From Tubulanus polymorphus (lineage: Eukaryota; Animalia; Nemertea): 64,000 bases of DNA. This document shows positions 1-12,960 of this stretch, one piece after another. The first letter of the stretch is position 1. Each line of letters starts with the position of its first letter. The stretch lies in contig NC_134027.1 in the NCBI RefSeq assembly GCF_964204645.1, positions 26,064,560 through 26,128,559 on the forward strand, given 5' to 3'. The notes under the pieces were generated by a model. That model saw only the letters and a program-made list of their open reading frames with translations. It had not been told where the DNA came from and made no database searches. The translations under genes were made by a program, and so were the position numbers.

Positions 1-2341
1 CATTCGGCTATGAATGAGATTTTAATCAGGCTAATAAATCAGACATCTTTAACTCATTTTAAAGAACTTTGTAAATAATGAGTCACCGCATTGAAGAGCA
101 GCCCTGTCTATACATACCTGATGAAATGCTGATTAATATTTTGATATCGGGTCAAGATTTTCATGTTTGAATGCGCCGTAATGTGTGCACATAAATAATA
201 CACTTCTATTGATATAAGCATCCTTCATTGGTTGTGGCTCTGTAAATGATTTTAAACGTTTAAATGCCACTTGTGTTTACCTTAATTTCAAATGATATGC
301 AGAGTTTATCTTCTAACCGAGGACCGAAGTATTTATAACCTAGATATCCGAATATAAAGAGACTCGAAACGCTTTGTTCAACGGCTCGGTTTTTTTTAGA
401 ACGTATGAAATGATGCGATAGATATGGGTCTTAAGCGTAAATCTTCGACAATTGAGGTTAGATCTGAAAAACTGGAAATTATCATAACGGCTGCAGTTAG
501 AATTGCGATAATTCGAAAAGATCTGAAGTGGAGATTTATTGAAATAATTGCTCAATAAGACAAGGAAAGAAATAGGTCTATCACTCTTGCCCACCCCCTA
601 CTTTTATCTAGATAACAATACTGTAGGTATTTATGTTCTAGAATCGCTATATGCTCAGAAAATTATCAATTTTTATGAATTTCCTTAAGACCCCTGAAGT
701 GCTTGCTCTTATGTAGCTTACAACTAAGCCTACGATAGAACTACGACTAGGCCTACTGGATTATGCCCCCTCCCCTCTTGTTCTAAGTTCCTGGATCAGA
801 CCCTTGTTGGGTTATAGTTCATACTGGACCTCCAACAATTGAGGTTACAGTTGAAATTACAGCTAGAATTGCAGAATTAGAAATCTAAAGTGGAAATGTA
901 TTGAAAATTTGCCATGAAAGACGAGGCAATCAATTGCCCATTACTCTTGTTAAAGCTGGGTTCAGCGATTCAGGTTTTACATCTGAAAAAAAGAATGCAA
1001 ATTCATATTTGAAGAGATAGAAATTTGATCGAACGATTGAAAATCTGGAGTAGAATTGCCCATCACTAATCCAGTTATAGGAGTCGGAAAGATAGAGCGT
1101 TTGTTACGTCGATATCGGCCGGTCCCGTCGGTCAGTCCCGCGTTTAGTGATCGCTGCGTTCGCGATCCTTTCCGGCGTTAAGACAAAAATCATGGCCGAT
1201 CGTTCGGGCCGTCGAGGCCAGTCGTAATTAAAACAGCTAGTCACAGTCGCTATGGCAACGGCTTTCTTAATTCTCTGATAATATTCGTCGAGTACTGTGA
1301 AAAACATTTGATAGAATGGTCCTTAATCCGGCAACCTCGCCAGATCAGATGTCAGCTGAGTGAGGACAGTTTAACGCTACGTGATGAAACTACCGCCGCG
1401 CGCCGGCTCAAATACACGAGCACTGATTCAATAATTCAAACTGTTAGACGCCGTCGTCGTTCACGAGCTAACCGTATTTAGAACGTTCTGAATTCCAATT
1501 TGAAATGGACCAAACGTTCATGTCATTTAACAATGGACCGATTAAGACCGATCAAAAAGGCCGATCGTAGTATTGTGTGTAGCTGGACCAGTGATTGCTG
1601 CTGATCTGAAAACAGCTTTGATTTGGTCGGACTACTTAGACTACCTAGAAGTAGTGTGAACCGTTTGGAGTTTTTGTCTCGTCCTGCAACGGACATACCT
1701 GAGATTCTTCATTGCACATTCTTACCACTCATGAGTGAGTGGATCCAGTCGGTGTATCGAGACTCAATACCCTCGAAATCTTTTGAGTGCCCATTGGAGT
1801 TTGCTGAAATGAAATCTAAAAAAAGAGCAATTTCTTAAATGCAAGGGCATAATTTTGTCGAAAAACTGTTCAAAACTGTATTGCCGGAATCAAGCCCTAT
1901 CTGTACCCTAGAAATATTTGGGAATAAGGACCTTCAGATTTTGATTGCGCCTTCTTGACCGGAGAAACAATAGTTGTTTGTGGGGTCTGATACCTTGAGA
2001 AATACCATCAGTTGAGGCTGAGATTGAGATGAGTTTCAGTAATAACGATACAATTAAATGAGATCTGGGCGGTGTCCACACCCCCCACTGGGCGGCGTCC
2101 TCCTCCACTTACCCTTACCCCCCACTGGTTCATTCTATTGTTCCATACAACTTACTATTAATGCGTTGATATTGAACAATATGTCGCTAATACTAAACGT
2201 TCAGTTACGTCTTTGTTTTATTGTTTGCTAATTTAACCTTTAGGTGTGTCAACTACCGAAGCCAATCTTCTCTACTGATACTAGTCATTATAACGTGGCC
2301 TTTGAGTACAGAGTTTAATGTTAATTCATTTCAACTGTCAT

Positions 2342-2776
2342 CAGTTAAACCTCGATTTAGCGATCACTTTTGGTTCCGGGCAATACGTTCGAAATTCTGA
2401 TTGTTTCTCAGAAAACAAGTGTTCACTATACAGAGGTATTCAGTTGAGAGGTTCCCTATAGAGAGGTTTTCACTAGAGGTTTTCGCTATAGAGAGGTATT
2501 CAGTTGAGAGAGGTATTCAGTTGAGAGAGTCCCTATAGAGAGGTTTTCACTATAGAGAGGTGTTCACTATAGAGAGGTTTTCACTAGAGGTTTTCGCTAT
2601 AGAGAGGTATTCAGTTGAGAGAGGTATTCAGTTGAGAGAGTCCCTATAGAGAGGTTTTCACTATAGAGAGGTGTTCACTATAGAGAGGTGTTCACTATAG
2701 AGAGGTTTTCACTATAGAGAGGTTTTAACTAGAGGTTTTCACTATAGAGAGGTTGTAAATAATGGAGTTTTTACTG
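2342..2776. mobile_element. pogo/Tigger-like MITE remnant with an 18-bp tandem array (~2420-2755)
   Basis: Left end CAGTTAAACCTCGATTTAGCGA; array unit ttcactatagagaggttt resembles its reverse complement; ends ttttactg. Confidence 0.6.
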
Positions 2777-3488
2777 TTACTTCCTATATTTTGATGGCAT
2801 TATTATTAACCTCTCTGCTCTTTAACAGCAGTTGATCTGGTGAGGGGGTGCTCCGACAGCACGTGCAACCTTCATAAAGTCATCATAAATCTCTTGTCGA
2901 TTGTGTAATAGGTCTCCCACGTGAGAAGTCATGAAATCACTATTCAATTTTTTCAGTTAGAAGTATACCAATTGTGCCTGTCTAATTCTAGGTTTTTTTG
3001 GGGGGATCTACCCAAATCCTGGATCCGTCGTTGTATCAGATATTGTCCCTGGTTTTACTTGAGAATCAAATGAAAATGAAAGAAATGTGATAAGAAAATT
3101 TTTTTCGTTTTATAGAAATCTTTTTTATAAATTTTCGGTAAATTTTGAAACGAATAAAATCGAACTCATTATCGTTGACCCGATCAAATAACGGTGTTCG
3201 TTAAAAACACCGTTGACAGTGACGGTTCAGTGACAGTTGACGGAATATAAACTCTTTGTGTAGTATCTGCGCTGATCAAGTGTCTCTACTCCGCGCGATG
3301 AGAGACAGAATGACTAAAACAAAGACAGATATTAACATGACAGGTTTATACCCAGGCGTTAAATATAACCACAGGGCACATCATCATCATCGTCGTCATC
3401 ATCATACACATGTTACATATGTCTCTCTATAAACGAGCGTCGCATTTTAAATCTTTTCTTTTCGTTTTTTTTTTTTATTTCGTCGCAG

Positions 3489-3581
3489 ATTTAATGGATG
3501 AAATTTGATCGTCGGTGAAACATCCTTCGGGGAATAGAATCATCGGAGGCGTGATTGAAACAGGGTCTACTCGTCGTGGAG
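3489..3581 (+). other. Probable non-coding 5'-UTR exon of the ZFHX gene (93 nt)
   Basis: Long U-rich tract ending in cgtcgcag| and a donor GAG|GTACGT. All three frames are closed. The first coding exon begins with an acceptor, so an upstream exon is required. Confidence 0.55.
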
Positions 3582-3667
3582 GTACGTTTAGCTTTAGATT
3601 CTCATTATACCGCTATTGACGACTGTAAATCAGACGGTTTCAGCTAAATCCAGATGAAACACTGATT

Positions 3668-4310
3668 CGTGATCGCACGGGGTTGATTTAGCCCGGGTTA
3701 AACCGGCCCGGACTAGCGTCAGATTTAGCCCGGGCTCTCTCGTTCGTTACTGAAATAGTATCAAAATGATGCTGTGGCAAGTGAGGTGAGACACTCACAA
3801 TTAGTGTTGAGCTCAAATTCGGCAAAGGCCTGATCCAACAATTTTAGTCTGCCCTAACATGGCCCATGTCAAATTCTAGGTACGAGCCCATATGGCACCG
3901 GATGGTTGGTTGACCTGGGCCTGATGTGGCCCGGGCCAAATTCCACACAGGTCAAATAGATGTGGCCACAACTAACACCGGTGTGAATGGCAGGCTTGGA
4001 CCTTATCCGATACAGGTCCGAGTCAAATTGTACCTAATTGAAATGGTATCAAAATGATGCTGTGGCAAGTGAGGTGAATCACTTCCACAACAGAATTCAC
4101 ATGAAATAATTTTAGCCATGATACCATATGTTACAAGCCTGGTCCAATGATTTTGGTCGGGCTAAAGGTGGACCATGTCAAAAAAGTCCATGAATCCATA
4201 GGGTCGGTTGACCCGGTCGGTCGATTCCACATAGGTCAAATAGATGTGGCCACACCTTACACTGGTGTGAATGACAGGCTTGGACCTGATACAGGCCAAA
4301 TTAAACCCTA
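3668..4310 (+). mobile_element. Dispersed repeat family A (two tandem partial copies)
   Basis: Core tatcaaaatgatgctgtggcaagtgaggtga at ~3759 and ~4047; shared with ~20570 (minus), ~22510 and ~29440. Confidence 0.75.
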
Positions 4311-4476
4311 GTCAAAACCCTAGTTCTCGTCTTAAACTAATGTTTTTCGATTATTTCGAGAGGTTATGTTATATTATGTCGTTAGTCTTCATATCTTCGG
4401 TAAAGCCGTATAAAATAACGAAGCATTCATCGGTTGATTAAGACTGATTTCTGGTATGGGGGGATATCGGGGAATA

Positions 4477-4638
4477 TCTCCCTCCCTCCCTCTCTCCTCT
4501 CCCTCCCTCCCTCCCTCTCTCCTCTCCTCTCCTCTCCTCTCCTCTCCTCTCCTCCTCTCCTCTCCTCTCCTCTCCTCTCCCTCTCCCTCTCCCTCTCCCT
4601 CTCTCTCACTCCCTCTCTCTCCCTCTCCCTCTCCCTCT
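4477..4638. repeat. Pure pyrimidine C/T low-complexity tract
   Basis: (CTCCT)n/(CTCCCT)n. Confidence 0.95.
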
Positions 4639-5273
4639 TGCTCGCGTACGGCTATTGTTCGATCGGTCGTATGGAAACCAAACGACATTTGCATCTTTAA
4701 TTCGCTCTGATTACGGCGTAAAAAGACGGCGAACAATTAAATCGCGGGTCAAAGAACCGACTCAGGAATTAACGAGACTTCGTCGTGTTCAACGGGGCCT
4801 CGATGTGTGAATGAAAGAAAGACGCCGGATTATCCGTGATAATTACACTAAAACACGGCTGTGCCGGTTTTTCCGAGCGCGTGCGCGCCCGCGCCACGTA
4901 TTGTCTTTGTTTCTGCGTCTCGGGCGACGGGTATATTGAATTACGACGGCTCGAATTAAAAAGCTCGTTAGACAATAGACGAGTATTTTTATTAATTAAT
5001 TAGATTTTCGTAAAGAATGCCCCGCTCTGTCGTCGTCGCGCTGTCGGCGTCTGCATTCGTTTTCGCGAGATACCGACCTTTATTCTCGCGATCGACATCG
5101 AACAATCCATGCGCGGAATTTCTCAAAGATTTGAGATTCTTGATTCTTCGAGATGCAGGGAATCCGAGGAATCTAGAATGAAACAAACATGACGAACGCA
5201 GCCTTGAAAATCATTTCGACATGTCTTCGATGATATTTTGTTTTTGAGGGGGAAAACTAATGTGAATTTATCA

Positions 5274-5578
5274 CAGGGCGGCTGTTGACCCTGAGAACCT
5301 GGAAAATTGTGAAGGGAATCAGAAAAATCTAGAACAATCACAAAAAAACTCTGGGAATTTGACAGATTTTATGAAAAAAAAACCTGGAAACAGGTAATTT
5401 GGATATGTTATTGACCACGTGTTTCTTTATCAATACGTGATTCGTAACAAAATGAATGAATTGTAACATTTAAAACCAAGGCTTTCCTTCGATTCACTCG
5501 GGGAAATTTGTATGAAATTCAGGAAAAACTGAGGGAAAACTGAGGGATTTGGTAAAATCGGTAGAAAGTGGCAATCAT
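5274..5578. mobile_element. Dispersed hAT-like repeat (copy 1)
   Basis: tattgaccacgtgtttctttatcaatacgtgattc...gaattgtaacattt shared with 9430-9711. Confidence 0.65.
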
Positions 5579-5980
5579 TAGATTTCGACTTTGAGAGAAA
5601 CCTATGCTGATAGATGATGATTAATACTTTATTATCATCGGTTGTTTATGATATTACATGTTTTTCGATAAGGATTTTTTAATTACCGATGACTGTGTAT
5701 ATGTAGGCCTATGTATGTATGTATGTATGTTTAAAGCAGCTGGTTAATTCACAATGATATATTTGTCACATTTGTATTAGCAGAAACGCTGTCAGTGTTA
5801 TTAACCTGGCTTCATTAGGGTGTGGCCTTTATTAATCTGCTTTATGTGTTAATTGGACATGTTTCCCCCACCCAGTGAACCGCCGACTGACTAGTCTGTC
5901 GTACTGGTTTACACACAGTCATCTGCTCGGTGTAGATTGCTATATTTCGGATGCTCTGTCCATACATCCATACATCCTCA

Positions 5981-6070
5981 CATCTCATTACTTAATTAGT
6001 CTTTTAACTCCAGATTGTGTAAATATCTCTTAATTTAGTTGTAACTTCAGTATTCCTGAAGATGACTATT
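5981..6070 (+). mobile_element. Degenerate fragment of the same Penelope-like/HHR family, interrupted by a MITE
   Basis: catctcattacttaattagtc...tattcctgaagatgactatt aligns with ~61015-61112. Family-like sequence (gaggagacatttcgga) resumes after the MITE at ~6301. Confidence 0.65.
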
Positions 6071-6072
6071 TG

Positions 6073-6301
6073 CAGGGGAGGCGCAGGGCGTGCGTACCTA
6101 CCCCCTCCCACCTAAAAGTGTCAAGTTGCCCAGAAATTTTCCGGCAAAATGTAAGCTGACACCTAACAAAGTTTTAAAGTCATAAGCTTTTCTCTGTATT
6201 TCTAAGTTATCTTTCATTCGGGGTGAACTATTAGTTATATGATATATACCTTATTCCAGGGGGGGGGGGGTGTTACTGAATCAGATGCTAAATCTGCCCT
6301 G
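6073..6301. mobile_element. Degenerate CAGGGG-ended MITE
   Basis: caggggaggcgcaggg...aaatctgccctg; interrupts the HHR-family fragment. Confidence 0.5.
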
Positions 6302-7239
6302 AGGAGACATTTCGGAATCTATTTTTACATTCTAATCGTGGAATTTTATATAATCATTACGAACGCGAACTCCCTTTCTTTTTCATCAAAAGTTATTCGT
6401 ATATTTCGTTATAAGCTATTTCATTCGTCGCAATCGGTCGGTAAAAAAAAAACGAGGAGAGAAAAACTGTTTTGCAAAACAACTGGTTATCGTAGCGAAG
6501 AAAAAAAAATTGACACGCAACTAAACAATGATTGTCCTAAATAACTCGCTGCATTAATTGTTTCAGAATTATATATTTTGCCAACGATTTGATTATAGGA
6601 CGAAAATCTGTGACGCGAAAATAGAAACGAACCGAGGAAAATAGGGATTTTTCGCCTCGATTTCGAATGGACGTTCGTTTTTTGGGGTTCTCGAATCTCC
6701 GATGCATTATATTGCACGAGATCGGAATTAAAAACTATGAAACTCGTATTACTTACGGAAATAAGAATCCGACGAAAATACGAAGCTAACCGAGTAGAAT
6801 AGGGCAATTAATGCAGTCTATATAATCACCAATAGCTAATGAGTATAGTTACAAAATAATGAATTAGGGAGCAGAAAAAAGGGTCTCATTTTCGGGCGAT
6901 GGAGTTCGTAATCAGGTCACTGTTATTAGAAACTCTATTAGATATTGTTGATAATTATTTGGAAAGCAATTCGCAGCAGTAATTAGCGTTTGTAATGCAA
7001 CAAATTTTATAGTGTTGCTGAGTCATTTATTTAAAAACAAACTATATCTCGCTCGCTGGCGGCAATGCTGCCTCTATGTAAAAAATGTCAGGAAAATTCA
7101 GTTACACATTTACGAGATTGAACGATAGCTACTGGTCAGCTATAGAACAATTTCAGGCTAGACTATTCATAACTAAGCTGAATAGTAAACCAGGGGGGCT
7201 ACTACCCTATAGGGAGCAATCAGAGATGAGCAGTGGCTA

Positions 7240-7592
7240 GCTGATTGGGTCATGTGACCTAGTCTAGACCTATCAGAAGCCTACAGTTAGTGGGCACAGT
7301 AACCCTAGGTATAGGCTAACTGGTTGAGTCAGTCATGTGACCAAGTCTCGACCAATCAGGCCTACAGTTAGTAAACGCATTAACCCTAGATGTGGCCTAA
7401 CTGATTGTCATGTGATCAGATCTCGACCAATCAGAGGCTGGAGTTAGTAAACGCATTAACCCTAGTTGTGGCCTAACTGATTGTCATGTGATCAGCTCTA
7501 GACTAATCAAAGGCCTGGATGTGGTGAACACATTAACCCTAGGAGATGTCTACCTCTGATTGCATCATGTGACCTGCTCTTCGACCAATCAG
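7240..7592. repeat. Degenerate ~78-bp tandem repeat (~4.5 units)
   Basis: ctgattg..tcatgtgac..tctcgaccaatcag..agttagtaaacgcattaaccctag repeated. Confidence 0.8.
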
Positions 7593-8802
7593 AGTTTAGA
7601 TGGACTCTTGCTGCAGTTCTGATCTTTTCATTGGAAAAAAATATGAGTTTCTTTTGTATTGAACCTTTCATAATACTTTATGGTGCTGAAAATCAATGTT
7701 TAGTAAGAATGTGAGAATGATGCAGATCTAATGATGTTTTGATTGACTGCTCAGGTCCAGTGAATTAAACCGTGTAAATTGAGCCGATCGTCGTCAGCTG
7801 TAATTCTAATCATTAATTGCCTGAGAACCAGAACAAACTTTGTGATTAAAACCAATGTTTATTTCATCTGTTCAGAAGTCAAACTTTGTAAATTAATAAC
7901 ATGTACGACACAAGCGTCCTGCGCACAGTGGCGTAAATATCCAATATCCACGGTTTAGATATTCGTCTGTAATTACAAAGTTTAATTGGTGCAATGACAA
8001 TTATTATTAATGAGAAAACCCCTGTTAGTGAGATATGAGCTGCTGTACTAGTGGTTCGGTGTAGTCAGTTCCATTTTGAGATGAGATGTACATATTTGTT
8101 TCTGTTATATCGGAAGGAACCTCATACCTATAACTGATTCAGAATCACGGCCTGCTAGTGGTTGACCAAATCTGTTGTATAGTTGAAAGATTCTAGTGAA
8201 AAGTCTTTCAAATATTCTTTCCTTTCCGACATGGAAAATCATTCATGCAAGCTTAAAAAAGAATAGGTGTTAGTGAAGCTGGTGTGCTGGGCATGCATTG
8301 ATACAGGGGGAGTTTGTCACTCTTGGACCTATCTGGTGTTTGGATACAAGATTGCCCATAGTCCAAAAGACTGGTCCAACTGTGCCCCCCGGAGGTTGGA
8401 GGCACTAGCTCCATGGGTATAAAACTGATGCCGATATCTGGAGAGTTACAACTTCGAGCGAGTGGCATCGATGATGTTTTAGAACAGGTTTGAGGAGTTC
8501 ATTGTAAAATCTTTTAAGAACTGATTTGCACCTCCCATAGATTCATATTCCTTCTAGAATTCTAGAAAGTCGACTTCATATTTGTGTTAAGGTGGACATC
8601 GTATGTCAGTCACGATATACATGGAAAATAAAGAAATTATAGAAGCCTCTGCCTCGACCCCTGGTGACCATTATCAAGTTACTTTACATAAGCTCGATGA
8701 TCAGGTTTCGTAGAAAACATTGTCAGGTTTCTCAAATATCGACAAAGCATAAACCAACAACCTATTTTGAATCTTGAATTTCAGATCTTTATCGGATTAC
8801 GT

Positions 8803-8933
<131 letters not shown>

Positions 8934-9429
8934 CGTTATAGATATTTTTGGCCACAATGATCGAAAGGCCACAATTATCTAATCAAACAGCGGCACTTTA
9001 AACGATAGATATTAGAGACGTTTGTTTAGGAAGTAATTAGTAAAAGATGAGGCTGTTGTATCATTAAAACTAACGTTAATGACTGCGACAGCGCGGTGGT
9101 ATCTGTCGTCTAATGACTGCAGCAGCTAGTCAACTAGCTCTCCGGATGTAACCCATCCAATCATCGGCTGCCAGTTGCCCGACGTTCCACACGTAAAAAA
9201 AAGATTAATTAGTTTCCGCTGGTCATGTTATTGTTCTGGCTAAATTAAGGTAAAAACAGTAGTTCACTTCCCGCGCGCGCTAATTATAATGCCATTCGTC
9301 AATTTTGTTGCCAATGACGACCATTACATTGTCTTCTAATGCTGTCATTGCGATACACGTCGACATTTTTTATTACGTAAAGTTTATTTTGCGATATAAG
9401 AAATCACTCTTAGTCGTAGAGGCTTTAAA

Positions 9430-9711
9430 CACGGCGGCCTCTGACTTGGAAAACTCAGGGAATCGGGAAAATCTAGAAAAAATCTGATTAAAAAAATTTT
9501 TAACCGAAAAAATGGAAAACCCTGGGAATTCAGATAATGCTATTGACCACATGTTCCTTTATCAATACGTGATTCATAGAAAATTGATTGAATTGTTACA
9601 TTTTAAGCCCAGAAATGTCTCTGATTCATTCTGGGAATATTATGTGATCATATGGAAAAATTAGGCAAAAATTCGAGGTTTTGTGAATGGGCAAAAACTG
9701 GTTATCAGCTG
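9430..9711. mobile_element. Dispersed hAT-like repeat (copy 2)
   Basis: tattgaccacatgttcctttatcaatacgtgattc...gaattgttacattt. Confidence 0.65.
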
Positions 9712-9822
9712 TTTAAGCCGGACGAGGTTCGGCCACCCTGTTTAAGCCGGATGAGGGTCGGCCACCCTGTTTAAGCCGAATGAGGGTGGGCTACCCTGTT
9801 TAAGCCGGGTGAGGGTCAGCCT
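9709..9822. repeat. 29-bp tandem repeat (~4 units) at the element terminus
   Basis: ctgtttaagccggatgagggtcggccacc repeated. Confidence 0.85.
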
Positions 9823-10659
9823 TGGGACTGTTCGCGTTGCAATTCTCAGCCACTGATAGCAACGATTGCATAGCAATGACCCGTCGACCTTAGACGCAAT
9901 AAATCGCGCATGTTCTACTTTCATTGACTCAATATCATCTCTTCCAGTCACAACAAACATGTACGACACTGACACAGACTAGTCGCACACCAGCGACCTA
10001 CGCCCACCGTCAGACGCTTTACAGGATTTTTAAGGCATTGATTATTTTTTCGAATTTTTAGTTCTTTTTCTATTTACAACTTATCCCGATAAAACTTCTA
10101 GAAATAACCAAACGTCGTGACAACAAAAAGTAGAATGTCAATTCAAGTGTTTTTGTCTAAAGTTCATAAGAGTGGCTTAGATAATTTCGGACGAATAAAT
10201 GATATCTCATTATAATCAGTAATGTTTAATTATACAATAGACTATCTATGTGAGGTAAATACACATTGAGCTGATAAAACTGATAAACGAAACCCAACGG
10301 ACTTATCTTAATTACCGCAACCAACTTTGAATGATTTATTTCAACCATTAAGATAAGCTTCATAAAATGCATATTATGCAAATTCCAATGATTACATATA
10401 ATATAATTATTGTTCGCCGGTATTTTTTACTGTAGCATCAGAACCCAGTTAAACAGTTGTGAGATATAATATTATGATGATGTATTCACTATACACAGTA
10501 TAGATAATATGAAATTACAAACAATTCAAAACGTGTATTATTTACATACATTTATGTTTACATACATACATAGCTGGATGCTTGGAAAGTTATAGTTAAA
10601 TCTGCCGGTTCAAATTAGTTCATTTTCAATGTTTTAACTCTTTAAGTCAAATCTTAATT

Positions 10660-10815
10660 TCGTATTTGGTTGATTGGAGAATTGGTTCGTTCGGTTTCTA
10701 TTTGTTTTCGTTTGTTTTGATTTGGTTTTCATTACAAACCCATCACACCTGCCCGGATTGAAAACAGGCCGGTTCGATTCTGAAATCAGAAATCGAAATA
10801 CAAGGTGTAGTCGAG
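10660..10815. repeat. Dispersed repeat family B
   Basis: acacctgcccgg...tgaaatcagaaatcgaa shared with ~14870-15000 and, reversed, ~54440-54600. Confidence 0.55.
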
Positions 10816-12854
10816 TTGTCAAATGTTAACCAAGAGACCTATGATAAACTAATTTTATCTCAAGACTTAACTTTAACTCACGACTAGAACTGCATCCAGC
10901 CCGGGCACAGTTTCACAAAAAGGTTTAACTCTCAAATCGATTTAATTTCTTCATCAATTCAGTTTACCTTAAATGGATTTAGGCCTTAAATCCTTTTTTT
11001 TAAATGGCCCTGGGCTTCAAGTTGCTTATATCATTTCTAATAATCCGAATATGATATTTAAAAATTCAAAAGAAAATGATCTCGTTTCATGCAAACCTCG
11101 TATGTGATATAAGAAATGATTTCGGAGGCTATTTACATGTCGCGTATCGCTGCTTGCGAAATTAAATTTTTATTTAATTATAGTCATTAGACAGTCATTG
11201 AGAGAATTCAATCCATTCTTCAGTGTTAACTGATGTCCTCAGAGAGATTCAGAAAGAATAGAAAAATCTGGTCTATTCAAACTACGGGTTGAATAGATTG
11301 TACTTTTGATGGCTATAGGGCATCATAGGGGTTTTGAATGATGCCGGGAGACGAAATCTCTCCAGTGAAATAAAAGCCATTTCAGGTCAACTATAGCTGC
11401 CAATAGATTGTGGAATTATAGTCAACATGTTGCATGACAAAACGTCGTCCCTCATTTCGGTCAAAAATGAATTCCGATGATAGGCTTTTTATCTATAATG
11501 AGTTTGCATGTGCGCAGACGCTGCCGGATGCTGGACGTAATCATTGTAAACTTCAGGCCTTGAATTTTAAATCAACTCACAATTCGTATGTAGTTTCAAC
11601 GGGGATATGAATTGAAATGGATGTCAATAGTAAAAAAAATCATCAGCCAAACAAATGAAACCGGTCAAAGATCGTGAGGGAACTTTTTGATGCATCTGGT
11701 TGTCGAGCATCGATTAGATTTTTTTCGGTTATGAATTTTCTCCCGGTCAAATTTATTTTTTGTGATCGCTCGGATAAATGTCACCGCGTCCACCACCACC
11801 AGCGCGTATAATAACCCAGGCAGCAGCAGCCTATAGTAGGTTATAGAACTCGAAGATAGCGGAGAAACAGGGGTAAACTACGTGGAGAAAGATTCATATG
11901 TAAATGAAGTTGTTGCATTGTATTATAAGAACAGGTTGAACCCAATATGAATGGCAATCAAGATCGTCAGAGGGTTTGTCTTAAAATCCTTTTAACTATT
12001 GAAATTGTGACAATGCAAGTGGCTTCCATTTAGGTCAATACGAAAATTACCATTCCGAGAGGGTTTTGTGTTGGGCTTAAGCGAAAGATAATTGCATGGA
12101 ATTAAAATGACTATTTACCGGTAGACCTCAACCTAAGCCAGGCATATCACACCTTGATAACATGACCGGTGATGTCATCAATATTCAATTTGCATTTTAA
12201 GAGAGGTATTGGAGTGGTGTAGTCTATAGTGTGTTGGTGGCGACTGGGCTCACACCGAGCTGGACTGAACTGAACGTACAGCACTCACCGACTGTTTAGT
12301 ACTGAGGAAACTTATAACGCGTGATAGATGGATTAAACTCACTCATTTGATTATATACGACATATTTGCCGGTGTTTAGCGAGACAGTGATACTAGTTAT
12401 ACTAGTTATAGTTATACTAGTTTAATACTAGTTATACTAGACAGTGATACTAGTTTTCGAGTTGATGATATACAGTTTGCGTCCAGTGTTCGAAGATGTT
12501 GTGGATTATTGGATAGTAAGACCGTAGACAAGATACATTTCATTATACAGGTGGGTAGGCCTAAGTCATTCATTCAGTCAGTATCAGTCAGTCATTCAGT
12601 CATTGTCAATTTAGTTATAATTCTATCATTTATGAAAATCTTCTCAATTATATAATGTTATGTATATGGAGAAAATCTTACTGAACGCGTAGCTGAATTC
12701 GGAATTGGAGACTTCAGATAAATAGATTTAGCATTTAGGGGCAATGAAATAGATATTTGGAGTTGTAAAAAGGCTTATGTAGATTTGAGGATGCATCATT
12801 TATAGCATTTCCAGGTAGAACACGTTTTGATATCCTGTAGCAATTATGCAACAG

Positions 12855-12960
12855 GGTGCAGTTCCACAGTTCTGAGTTAAGATTTGACTCTGAGTTAACT
12901 CATCGAAAATGAACTAACTTTAACTCAGAGTTATCTCTAACTCATGACTGGAACTGGGTC
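12855..12960. mobile_element. Short palindromic MITE, CAG TSD
   Basis: CAG|GGTGCAGTTCCACAGTT...CTGGAACTGGGTC|CAG; homologous to 18829-18926. Confidence 0.78.

Noticed and set aside
4389-4736. ORFs rich in E/R/G or S/P/L (also 49488-49942, and YI repeats at 16336 and 52691)
   Set aside because: Translations of C/T and TA simple repeats.
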